From the NCBI GenBank assembly GCA_003022865.1, contig PXSK01000036.1:63122-127121 (forward strand): DNA of 64,000 bases, read 5' to 3'. The notes beneath the pieces were generated by a model. The model saw nothing but the letters and a program-made list of their open reading frames with translations. It was not told the DNA's origin and made no database searches. This DNA comes from Halobacteriales archaeon SW_5_70_135 (GTDB taxonomy: Archaea > Halobacteriota > Halobacteria > Halobacteriales > SW-7-71-33). Positions 55,037 through 63,548 of this stretch are shown in pieces (the first letter of the stretch is position 1; the number at the start of each line of letters is the position of its first letter). The position numbers and the translations under genes are program-made.

Positions 55037-57015
55037 GCGGCGACGACCCGGCCGACGGACCGCCAGCCGCCGCACCCGGGGCCGCTCCGGAGGCCGACGA
55101 CGCCGGTCCCGACGGCGAGGAAGGTAGTCGGCGGCACACCGGCGCCTCCGGAGAGGACGGCCACGGGAGCAGCGGAAAGAACGAGGACCGCGGAAGCGAC
55201 GAAGAGAGCGAGGACCACAGGAGCGACCGAGAGAGCGAGGACCGCGGGAGCAGCGGAAAGAGCGAGGACCGCAGGAGCGATCGGGAGAGCGACGAGACTG
55301 GCGAGGACGGGGCGGAGACGGCGAGTCGGCGGGGCGTCGAGACCGCGGGACGACGACTCCACCCGCTGTCGGTGCCGTACAGGGCGGTGACGCGGGCGCT
55401 CCGGCCGTCGACGCTTTTGATCGTCGTCACCGCCGTCGGACCGGGGTCGCTCGACCCGCAGTCACTCACCTTCATCGGGCTGTTGCTCGCCGGGCTCGCC
55501 GCCACTTTCGCGTACCAGTACGGCTACTACCGACGGTTCAGGTTCGCCCTGACCGACGACACGCTCGACGTCGCTTCGGGCGTACTCTCGCGGCGCAGTC
55601 GGGAGATACCGCTGCGACGCGTCCAGAACGTCGACGTGGGACAGAACCCGCTCCAGCGGGCGATGGGGATCGCCGCGGTGCGGATCGAGACCGCGGGCGG
55701 CGGCGACACCGAGGCCGTCCTGGAGTATCTCGGCCGAGAGGCCGCCGAACGGCTCCGCGACGACCTCCGGCGAGCCGCCAGGCGAGCGCGGGCGAACGAC
55801 GGCGAGGTTGAGGTCGGGGCCGAGGCCGGGACGGCCGACGAGGCGGAGCCGGGAGTCGACGAGACCGTCGGGGGCGAGGGCGAGAGCGAGAGCGAGCGCG
55901 AGGAGGTGTTCGCGCTGTCGCGCCGGAGCCTCGCCGTGGTCAGTCTGTTCAGCTTCGACGCCGGTGCGGGCGTGATATCGAGCGTCGTGGGCGTTCTCCT
56001 CAGCGGCGGTGACCCCTCGAACCTCGTCGGCGTCGGCCGGGTGCTGGCCGACCTGCCGCTGGGGCCGGTCGAGACGGCCGTCATCGGCGTCGCCGCCGTC
56101 GGCGTGCTCGCCTGGCTGCTGAGCGTCGTGCTCACCGTCGCCCGCTACTACGGCTTCCGGCTGGTCCGCGTCGACGAGGGACTGGAGTACGAGCGCGGAC
56201 TCGTCCAGCAGTACTCCGGCACCATTCCCGTCGAGAAGGTCCAGACCGTCTCGCTACGGTCGGACCTGGTTCACCGCCGACTCGGCTATCTCGCCGTCGC
56301 CGTCGAGACGGCCGGCTACTCGCCGGGCAGCGAGCGCAGCGCCCGCCAGCTCGCCGTGCCGCTCGCCCCGCGCGCCGAGGCGCTGCGGGTGGCTCGTTCC
56401 GTCGAGCCGTTCGCTGTCGACGACGACGAGGACGACGCGGAGGCGACGTTCGGACTGGAGCGTCCGCCCCGGCGGGCGCGACGCCGGTACGTCGTCCGGT
56501 TCGCGCTGGCCGTCCTCGCGCTCACGGGACTGGCGGCCGTCGCGCTCGGACTGCTGACTGCCAGGGGTGTCGGCCCGGGACTGGCGGTCGACCGTCGCCT
56601 GCTCGCGGCGCCGCTGGCGGCGCTGCTGCTGACGCCGGTCGCGGCACACCGCCGCTGGCGGAGTCGCGGACACGCCGCCGGACCCGAGCATTTCCTCGCC
56701 CGGACCGGGTACTGGCGGCGCGTCACTCGAGTCGTGCCGTACTACCGCGTGCAGACGGTGATCGAGTCTCGCACGCCGTTCCAGCGGCGGCGACGTCTCG
56801 CCAGCGTCACCGCCGACACCGCTTCCTCGGCCAGCCTGCTCGGCGGCGAGGCCGTCGCCCTCGACGTCGACGTCGACCGGGCCGTCGCCCTCCGGGAACG
56901 TCTCCGGACCGAACTCGACGGGGCCATCGGGGCGCGAGCGAGCGACCGGGAGCGACCGGAGGAGGCGCGGAACGCCGACGGCGACGACCCCGCCGGCGGT
57001 CAGACGTCGGGGTGA
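55033..57015 (+). CDS. YdbT-like membrane protein with three bPH_2 domains and an N-terminal Ser/Glu/Asp/Arg repeat region
   Basis: GTG 55033 overlaps the ydbS stop (GTGA). The motif is repeated (IPLRRVQNVDVGQNPLQRAMG; IPVEKVQTVSLRSDLVHRRLG; VVPYYRVQTVIESRTPFQRRRR). The N-terminus reads GSSGKNEDRGSDEESEDHRSDRESEDRGSSGKSEDRRSDRESDE. Confidence 0.8.
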   Translation: MSGDDPADGPPAAAPGAAPEADDAGPDGEEGSRRHTGASGEDGHGSSGKNEDRGSDEESEDHRSDRESEDRGSSGKSEDRRSDRESDETGEDGAETASRRGVETAGRRLHPLSVPYRAVTRALRPSTLLIVVTAVGPGSLDPQSLTFIGLLLAGLAATFAYQYGYYRRFRFALTDDTLDVASGVLSRRSREIPLRRVQNVDVGQNPLQRAMGIAAVRIETAGGGDTEAVLEYLGREAAERLRDDLRRAARRARANDGEVEVGAEAGTADEAEPGVDETVGGEGESESEREEVFALSRRSLAVVSLFSFDAGAGVISSVVGVLLSGGDPSNLVGVGRVLADLPLGPVETAVIGVAAVGVLAWLLSVVLTVARYYGFRLVRVDEGLEYERGLVQQYSGTIPVEKVQTVSLRSDLVHRRLGYLAVAVETAGYSPGSERSARQLAVPLAPRAEALRVARSVEPFAVDDDEDDAEATFGLERPPRRARRRYVVRFALAVLALTGLAAVALGLLTARGVGPGLAVDRRLLAAPLAALLLTPVAAHRRWRSRGHAAGPEHFLARTGYWRRVTRVVPYYRVQTVIESRTPFQRRRRLASVTADTASSASLLGGEAVALDVDVDRAVALRERLRTELDGAIGARASDRERPEEARNADGDDPAGGQTSG

Positions 57016-57724
57016 TCGGCGATCGACCCGTCGACGCCCGCCGCCCGCAGCCGGTCGGCCGTCGAGCGCCCCCGGACCGTCCAGGCGTTGACGGCGAGGT
57101 CTCGCTCGTAGGCCCGGTCGACGAAGGGGGTGTCGACGAGCGAGTGATGCGGGGTGGCTCTGGTGGCGTTTATAGCGCCTTCGCCGTTGTCGACGAAGGG
57201 GGTGTCGACGAGCGAGTGATGCGGGTGCACCGCCGCACAGCCCAGTTCCGCCGCGGTCTCGACCGCCGCCGTGGGGTCGCCGTCGGGGCCGACGAGGTAC
57301 GCCCGGTCGAACTGCGACCGCTCCGCGACGTCGGAGAGCACGGACGCCTCGAAGGCCGAGACGAGCACCCGACGCCGGTCGAGTGCACGCAGGTCGTCCA
57401 GCGCTGCCCGGACGGGCGTCTTCAGTTCGACATTGAGACCGACGCCGTCGGGGAGGGCGTCGACGACCGCGCGGAGCGTCGGCACGCCCTCGCCGGAGTC
57501 ACGACAGAGAGCTCCGCCAGGGCGGCGGCCGCGTGGTCGCCGACGGGACCCGTCGCGTCGGTCGCGCGGTCGACGGTCGCGTCGTGGATCACCACCGGCT
57601 CGCCGTCGGCGGACCGCCGGACGTCGACCTCGACCCAGTCGGCGCGTTCGGCGGCCGACCGGGCCGCACGGAGCGTGTTCTCCGGGTGTCTGGCCGCGAA
57701 GCCGCGGTGTGCGATCAGCTCCAC
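57000..57724 (-). pseudogene. Glycerophosphodiester phosphodiesterase (GDPD/UgpQ family), frameshifted, with a 72-bp in-frame insertion
   Basis: The N-terminal part (GTG 57724: VELIAHRGFAARHPENTL...VEVDVRRSADGEPVVIHDATVDR) is in the frame of track ORF 57422..58537. The C-terminal part (GEGVPTLRAVVDAL...NVELK...NAWTV) is in the frame of 57000..58037. The switch is at the CTCTCT run near 57507-57512. The total length of 725 nt is not a multiple of 3. Confidence 0.75.
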
Positions 57725-57776
57725 GGGGGCGTGTCGACCCGGCAGGGCAAAACGTCTCGCTCTCCTTCGGGCGGTC

Positions 57777-58484
57777 GTGTCCGCCAGTTTCGACTTCGGC
57801 GGCCGGGTGGCGCTGGTGACCGGCGCGAGCGGCGCGCTCGGTAGTGCCGTCGTCGAGCGGTTCGACGACGCCGGCGCGACCGTCGCGGCCGTCGACGTGG
57901 CTCCGTCGGAGGACGAGGAGTCGCCGCTCGGCCCCGACCGTGTGGCGTTCCACGAGGCGGACCTCACGGACGAGCGAGCGGTCGAGGAGACCGTCTCGCG
58001 GGTCGTCGAGGACCACGGCCGTCTGGACCTGGACCACCTGCTAAACGTCGCCGGCACCTGGCGCGGCGGCGACCCGGTCGAGTCGACGCCACTGGAGACG
58101 TACTGATTACTGATCGACGTCGGCCTGACGACGGCGTTTCTGACGACGAACCACGCGCTGCCGCATCTGCGGGAGACCGGCGGGGCGGTCTGTTCGGTGT
58201 CCGCCCGTCGTCGCTGGAGGGCGACGAGGGCGACGGACCGTACCGGACCGCGAAGGCTGGCATTCGACTGCTGACCGAGACGGTCGCCGAGGAGAACCTC
58301 GGGGAGATACGGGCGAACTGTGTGATGCCCCCGGTGCTCGACACGCCGATGAACCGCGAGACGATGACGCCGAGCGACGACTGGGTCGACCCCGCCGACG
58401 CGGCGACGGTGATGAACCCTCCTCTGTTCGGAGGGCGCGAGTCCGACCAGCGGCGCCGCCGTTTCGGTGTACGGCGAGGCGTAG
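57777..58484 (+). pseudogene. Short-chain dehydrogenase/reductase (SDR), disrupted by one in-frame TGA and two frameshifts
   Basis: GTG 57777: FDFGGRVALVTGASGALGSAVV... (TGxxxGxG). TGA at 58104-58106, followed in the same frame by LLIDVGLTTAFLTTNHALPHL. The frame changes near 58203 (then SSLEGDEGDGPYRTAKAG, the YxxxK motif) and near 58415 (then TLLCSEGASPTSGAAVSVYGEA, stop at 58482-84). Confidence 0.75.
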
Positions 58485-58543
58485 CCACGCGCGAAGTCGC
58501 CGACACGGAACCCTTTTGCCCGTTCCGCCGGTCGCACCGACGT

Positions 58544-60088
58544 ATGACGACGGAGGACCGGATCGACGAGTTGGAGGACCTCCGCGAACGGGCGTTACAG
58601 GGTGGCGGCCAGGAGCGGATCGACCGCCAGCACGAGAAGGGGAAGCTGACCGCCCGCGAGCGCGTGGACTACTTCCTCGACGAGGACAGCTTCGTCGAGT
58701 TCGACCAGCTGCGGACGCACCGCTCCAGCAACTTCGGTCTAGAGGAGCGGCAGGTCCCCGGCGACGGCGTCGTCGCCGGCTACGGGAAGGTCGACGGTCG
58801 GACGGTATTCGTGTTCGCCCACGACTTCACCGTCTTCGGCGGCTCGCTGGGCGAGGTGTTCGCCGAGAAGGTCTGTAAGGTGATGGACAGGGCGATGGAG
58901 GTCGGCGCGCCGGTGGTGGGGCTGAACGACTCCGCCGGCGCCCGCATCCAGGAGGGGGTTGCCTCGCTGGCCGGCTACGCGGAGATATTCAAGCGCAACC
59001 AGCGTGCCTCCGGCGTCGTCCCGCAGATAAGCGCCATCATGGGCCCGTGCGCCGGCGGCGCCGTCTACTCGCCGGCGATCACCGACTTCGTCTTCATGTC
59101 GCGGGACACGAGCTACATGTACATCACCGGACCCGGGGTGACCGAGACCGTCACCGGCGAGGAAGTGAGCCACCAGGACCTCGGCGGCGCGGGCGTGCAC
59201 ACCTCGACGACGGGTATCGCCCAGTTCGCCGGCCGGAGCGACGAGGACGTGCTCGACGGCATCCGGCGACTGCTCTCGTACCTGCCGAGCAACAACGTCG
59301 AGGACCCTCCACGCGTCGAGCGCGAGGACGCCGACCCGGGCGGCGACGTCGGCGGTATCGTCCCCGACCGACCGCAGAAGCCGTACGACATGACCGACGT
59401 GATCGAGGGTGTCGTCGACCGCACCAGCTTCTACGAGGTGAACGAGGAGTTCGCCCGCAACGTCGTCGTCGGCTTCGCGCGGCTGGACGGTCACGCCGTC
59501 GGCGTCGTCGCCAACCAGCCCCGCGTCAACGCCGGCACGCTCACCGTCGACGCCTCGATGAAGGCCTCGCGGTTCGTCCGGTTCTGTGACTCGTTCAACG
59601 TTCCCATCCTCACCTTCGTCGACGTGCCGGGCTACATGCCCGGGACGGAGCAGGAGCACCGCGGGATCATCCGCCACGGCGCGAAGCTGCTGTACGCCTA
59701 CTCGGAGGCGACCGTACCGCTATTGACCGTCGTCACGCGGAAGGCCTACGGCGGCGCCTACTGCGTGATGGCCTCGAAACACCTCGGCGCGGACGTGAAC
59801 TACGCCTGGCCCACCACGGAGGTGGCCGTGATGGGGCCACGCGGCGCCGTGAACATCCTGTACGACGACGAACTCGCGGCGGCCGACGACCCCGAGGCGC
59901 TCCGCGAGGAGCTCATCGACGAGTACCGCAAGGAGTTCGCCAACCCGTACACCGTCGCCGACCGGGGCTTCGTCGACGACGTGATCGAGCCGGAGGAGAC
60001 GCGAACGCGACTCGTCGACGACCTGGCGATGCTGCGGTCGAAACGCCGGAACCACCCCGACAAGAAACACGGCAACATCCCACTGTAA
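58544..60088 (+). CDS. pccB: Propionyl-CoA / acyl-CoA carboxylase carboxyltransferase (beta) subunit
   Basis: 514 aa from ATG 58544. Carboxyl_trans family (KLTARERVDYFLD, FAHDFTVFGGSLGE, GPCAGGAVYSPA, RKAYGGAYCVM). Confidence 0.9.
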   Translation: MTTEDRIDELEDLRERALQGGGQERIDRQHEKGKLTARERVDYFLDEDSFVEFDQLRTHRSSNFGLEERQVPGDGVVAGYGKVDGRTVFVFAHDFTVFGGSLGEVFAEKVCKVMDRAMEVGAPVVGLNDSAGARIQEGVASLAGYAEIFKRNQRASGVVPQISAIMGPCAGGAVYSPAITDFVFMSRDTSYMYITGPGVTETVTGEEVSHQDLGGAGVHTSTTGIAQFAGRSDEDVLDGIRRLLSYLPSNNVEDPPRVEREDADPGGDVGGIVPDRPQKPYDMTDVIEGVVDRTSFYEVNEEFARNVVVGFARLDGHAVGVVANQPRVNAGTLTVDASMKASRFVRFCDSFNVPILTFVDVPGYMPGTEQEHRGIIRHGAKLLYAYSEATVPLLTVVTRKAYGGAYCVMASKHLGADVNYAWPTTEVAVMGPRGAVNILYDDELAAADDPEALREELIDEYRKEFANPYTVADRGFVDDVIEPEETRTRLVDDLAMLRSKRRNHPDKKHGNIPL

Positions 60089-60092
60089 GCTT

Positions 60093-60112
60093 CCCCGCTC
60101 TAAAGAGCGGGG
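60093..60112 (-). ncRNA. Right-end hairpin of the IS (probable 3' stem of the TnpB omega/reRNA scaffold)
   Basis: CCCCGCTC-TAAA-GAGCGGGG, a perfect 8-bp stem that overlaps the tnpB stop codon (60100-60102) and lies 3-8 nt from the element end. The full extent of the RNA cannot be defined from sequence alone. Confidence 0.4.
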
Positions 60113-61347
60113 CTTTCACCATGGACTCCCACTCTAACCGAATCCGGTGCGGTGGTAAACCCGCTCGTGTTCAGCGTCCCGGTGTTTATACGCACGCCTA
60201 CGGGTGCGTCTCCGTCCGAAGACTTGTGCAACGAACGGAGGATCTTGAAGCCGACGTTCTTCGCCGCGTTGTAGTCGGCATGGACCTTGTAGCCACACTT
60301 CTGACAGCAGAAGGAGTCCTGCGACGGGCGGTTGTCGGGATGGGTGAAACCACAGCCCGTACGCGAGCATCGCTGGCTCGTGTACTGCGGGTCCACCTGC
60401 TTGACCGCGACACCGCGTTCCTTCGCCCTGTATGCGACGTACTCATAGAGGCGTCGGAACGCCCATTCGTGGAGGCGCTTCGCGCCGGGCATTCGGTCGC
60501 GGATGCCCGTCAAGTCCTCGAAGGCGATGTGCGAACACCCGCCTTCGACGGCTTCTCGGACGATACCGTTCGCCACGCGGTGGAACAGCTGCTCGAAGCG
60601 CCCCGTCTCCGTCTCACCGACACGCTTCATCGCCTCGTGGGCGGAGCGCGTTCCCTTCTGTTGCATGGACGCGCGGCGCTTCTCGTACTCGCGGTGCCAG
60701 TGGTTGAGTTCGTCGCCGGACCAGAACACGCCTGTCGAGGTGACGGCGATATTCTTGACCCCGAGGTCCACGCCGAGAACCGTTCCGTTCTCGGGAGGTT
60801 CGGGGGCGTCCACGTCCGCCTTTGTTCGGACGTGGAGGTAGAACTCGCCCGCGGGTTCGCGGTAGTGAAGCGTCGCGCCAGTCGTCTCATAGTCTTCGGA
60901 CAACAGGTACTGCGAGTGGGGCGTATCGTGGTTCTCGCCGGGCAGGACGTACTCGGCAGTGATGCGCCCACCGACAGTCGAAAGCGAAGCGTGGTCGTCG
61001 TTAAAGGTCGCGCTCCGCTGGTCGTATTCGAGGAACGGCGACGTGAAGCGCGGGAGGCTCGCTTTCTTCCCGCGCTTCCACTTGGCGACGACCGACTTCA
61101 GCGCCTCGGCGGCGCGGCTTCGCGCCGCCTGGACAAGGTTCGCGTGGAGGTCGGTCGCCTCGCGCACGTCCTCGTAGGTGCGGTCGTGGAGGCGGCGCTT
61201 GCTGGTTATCACGTAGCCATCATCGTCGCGGGCGTGGCGGACCACGTAGTTCGCCGCGTCGCGGAACTGGTCGATAGTGTCGTGCAGAAGGGCGGCGTCG
61301 CTGTCGGTCACGTCGAGCTTGACTGGGACGGTGCGCCGCACCTCCAT
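60100..61347 (-). CDS. tnpB: TnpB (OrfB) RNA-guided endonuclease-like transposon protein, RuvC-like plus zinc finger
   Basis: 415 aa. RuvC-I VLGVDLGVKN, RuvC-II IAFEDLTGIR, zinc finger CSRTGC...CQKCG, RuvC-III HADYNAAKN. Confidence 0.9.
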   Translation of the reverse strand: MEVRRTVPVKLDVTDSDAALLHDTIDQFRDAANYVVRHARDDDGYVITSKRRLHDRTYEDVREATDLHANLVQAARSRAAEALKSVVAKWKRGKKASLPRFTSPFLEYDQRSATFNDDHASLSTVGGRITAEYVLPGENHDTPHSQYLLSEDYETTGATLHYREPAGEFYLHVRTKADVDAPEPPENGTVLGVDLGVKNIAVTSTGVFWSGDELNHWHREYEKRRASMQQKGTRSAHEAMKRVGETETGRFEQLFHRVANGIVREAVEGGCSHIAFEDLTGIRDRMPGAKRLHEWAFRRLYEYVAYRAKERGVAVKQVDPQYTSQRCSRTGCGFTHPDNRPSQDSFCCQKCGYKVHADYNAAKNVGFKILRSLHKSSDGDAPVGVRINTGTLNTSGFTTAPDSVRVGVHGESPAL

Positions 61348-61483
61348 ACATCATCCAGAACGTCCATGGTTATGTCACCAACGGAACGGGGGGGAGTCAG
61401 CCCTGCCATCGATGGCGGTTGTATAGTCAAGCGAACGCGCTTCCTCCCCGCCCTGAATGACGGGGTCTCCGCGCTATGGTAAG

Positions 61484-61807
61484 ATGAGCGAGGACGGCGG
61501 CCGCGACACGCCGGACGGGGGAACCGTGCGCCTGCCCGTCGGCGAGGGCGCGACACTGTCGCTCCCGCCCGAGGCCACCGACGGGGAGGCCGCCGCCATC
61601 GTCGCCGCCGTCGGTGCACACCTCACCGACCTGGACCGCGTTGCCGTCGCCGCCGCGGCGGTGGACCGGGAGGACGACGGCGGCTGGGACGGCCGTCGCT
61701 GGGCGTTCGCCGGTCGGACCGAGGCGCTGTCGGGCCGTACAGCGCGGCCGACCGACGCGACGCCGGCGGACCCGTGGACCGCGGCCGGACGGTCGGACCG
61801 CCTCTGA
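61484..61807 (+). CDS. pccX: Small acc-operon protein (PccX / acyl-CoA carboxylase epsilon-like)
   Basis: 107 aa from ATG 61484 ([13 protein letters not shown]...[21 protein letters not shown]...). It is Ala-rich and resembles the small subunit normally encoded directly after pccB in haloarchaea. Here it is separated from pccB only by the IS. Confidence 0.6.
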   Translation: MSEDGGRDTPDGGTVRLPVGEGATLSLPPEATDGEAAAIVAAVGAHLTDLDRVAVAAAAVDREDDGGWDGRRWAFAGRTEALSGRTARPTDATPADPWTAAGRSDRL

Positions 61808-62006
61808 GCCGTCACCACGTTCACGTCGGAGTCACGAACAGGCGGCACGTGGATCGTGTCCGCGGGCCGGCGTGCCGCACTCCCGTTCGGACCGGACCCG
61901 CGCTGTGCGTCAGGGCACGCCGTGTATTGGTGTCGGTTTCGTACAAGAACGTCAGGGGTCGGGGAAGCCGCGCCACGGCCGAGTCGTCGGACCCGTTCTC
62001 GGCGGG

Positions 62007-62654
62007 TCACTCCCGTGGGCGGGCGAGGACCGCGAGGTGGTCCGCGTGGAGGGGGTCGAGCCGCTCGGTCGCCAGCACTTCGTAGTCGGAGGACAGGCGC
62101 TCCAGGGCGTCCTCGAAGACGGCCGCCGGCTCGCGGGTCACGTCTTCGCTGCGGGCCTTCAGCGCCAGGAGGAGCCGGCCGTCGTCGGCGAGGAAGCGGC
62201 GGTTCCGCAGGGCGACGTCGGCCTGACCGCGGGTGGCGACGTCCTGTACGAGCACGTCCACCTCCGCCTCGACGATCCCGGCGTACGTCGCCGGCCGGCG
62301 GGCGTCCTTCAGCAGCGGGAACAGCCGCGGGCGCTCCTCGGCGGCGGCGACCAGGTCACCGAGCGGACCGGGAGCGAACTCCACCGCGTAGGTGGGGCCG
62401 GCGACGTCGGCGACGTGTGAGACGGTCGTCCCCGCCGCGGCACCCAGATAGAGCACCCCGGCGTCGGCCGTCAGCCCGGGGCCGAGCCCGCGCTCGACGG
62501 CGGCGGCGAGTTTCGAGCGGCGTGCGTCCCACAGCCGCCAGACGCCGTCGGTCGGCTCGCCGTATACGGGGGAGCCGCGGGTCGCCAGCCGCCGCTCGCC
62601 GTCGAACTCGCGATAGGCGAGTCCGTCGACGCCGTCGACGACTGACTCCGTCAC
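62007..62654 (-). CDS. flpA: Fibrillarin-like rRNA/tRNA 2'-O-methyltransferase
   Basis: 215 aa; LYLGAAAGTTVSHVADV SAM motif and VLVQDVA. GTG 62654 overlaps the nop5 stop (GTGA). Confidence 0.9.
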   Translation of the reverse strand: MTESVVDGVDGLAYREFDGERRLATRGSPVYGEPTDGVWRLWDARRSKLAAAVERGLGPGLTADAGVLYLGAAAGTTVSHVADVAGPTYAVEFAPGPLGDLVAAAEERPRLFPLLKDARRPATYAGIVEAEVDVLVQDVATRGQADVALRNRRFLADDGRLLLALKARSEDVTREPAAVFEDALERLSSDYEVLATERLDPLHADHLAVLARPRE

Positions 62655-63499
62655 GGCTCTTCCTCCGTCTCGCCGTCGGCGGTGCGTTCGCGGACCCGGG
62701 CGATGCGCTCGTCGAGGTCGCGCTCCAGTTCCGGGCGGCGGTCGCCGGCGTAGTGGTCGATCCGGGCGGCGATGGCGAGCTTGCCGGCCAGCGCACGGGC
62801 GGCCGACCCGCGCTCCTCGGGGTCGGTCCCGCGGACGTACTCGTGCGTGTAGATGACGCCGTGCTTCGGCGAGGGAGCGTGTCCTCGGAGGTGCGCGAAC
62901 AGCGCGTTCTCGGCACCGAGGACCTGCACCGTGCCGGCGGGCATGCGCGCGAGCGACTCCAGGTCGCCCGCGAGAGCGGTCAGCCGGGCGGCGAGCACCG
63001 GCCCGGCGAGCGCGGCGAGGTTCGGGGCGACGGTCGGGGCGACCCGCTCGACGGTCGCACGGAGTTCGTCCCGCTCGGCGTAGAGACCGGCGGCACGCTC
63101 CGCGAGGCCGACCAGTCGACGGTCGAGTTCGTCCTCCGACTCCCGGTCGACGACCGTACGTACGACGGCCTCGGCACCCCCGTCGCTCGCGGTGTCACCG
63201 GCCCACTCGGCGACGCGCTCGGCGAGTTCGTTCGCCACGCGCTCGGTGTCGTCCAGCGCGCGGACGGCCTCGACGAGCCGGCGGTCGTCCGCCCGCTCGT
63301 GCTCCGCGACGGCCGCTCGCGCGGCGGCCGTCGTCGCGGCGTGTAGGGCGTCGTAGTACGCCTCGCGGTCGGCGACCACGCCCCGCTCGACGGCCAGTCC
63401 CGGCCAGTCGGCCGGCCCGTCGCGACGGCTCTCGCGGACCGCGCTCGCGGCCGCCTCCGGGTCGGCGGGGTCGAGCTCCGCGAACCAGGCGCCCTCCAT
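62651..63499 (-). CDS. nop5: C/D box sRNP protein Nop5 (Nop56/58 homologue)
   Basis: 282 aa from ATG 63499. The NOP domain reads VAPNLAALAGPVLAARLTALAGDLESLARMPAGTVQVLGAENALFAHL...PKHGVIYTH. Upstream partner of flpA. Confidence 0.88.
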   Translation of the reverse strand: MEGAWFAELDPADPEAAASAVRESRRDGPADWPGLAVERGVVADREAYYDALHAATTAAARAAVAEHERADDRRLVEAVRALDDTERVANELAERVAEWAGDTASDGGAEAVVRTVVDRESEDELDRRLVGLAERAAGLYAERDELRATVERVAPTVAPNLAALAGPVLAARLTALAGDLESLARMPAGTVQVLGAENALFAHLRGHAPSPKHGVIYTHEYVRGTDPEERGSAARALAGKLAIAARIDHYAGDRRPELERDLDERIARVRERTADGETEEEP

Positions 63500-63548
63500 G
63501 CCCGCCCTCGGGCGCGGCGTCGAATGAATCTCCCGACTCACCCCGGAA

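Larger units (their letters stand above)
60085..61478 (-). mobile_element. IS200/IS605-family, TnpB-only (IS1341-type) insertion element, about 1.39 kb
   Basis: Single tnpB ORF, no tnpA. GTAAG occurs at both junctions (60085-60089 and 61479-61483), so the boundaries are ambiguous by 5 bp (60085-61478 or 60090-61483). There is a terminal 8-bp hairpin at the tnpB 3' end and a hairpin CCCCG-N10-CGGGG (61446-61465) at the other end. Confidence 0.8.

Noticed and set aside
58101-58114. 7-bp tandem duplication TACTGAT-TACTGAT as the cause of the SDR disruption
   Set aside because: The reading frames upstream and downstream of it are the same, and the lesion is an in-frame TGA. Removing one 7-bp unit would create a frameshift rather than repair the gene, so the repeat is probably coincidental.
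61808-62006. Looked for a C/D box sRNA in the spacer next to flpA-nop5
   Set aside because: CUGA-like D boxes are present on the minus strand, but there is no RUGAUGA C box at a suitable distance.
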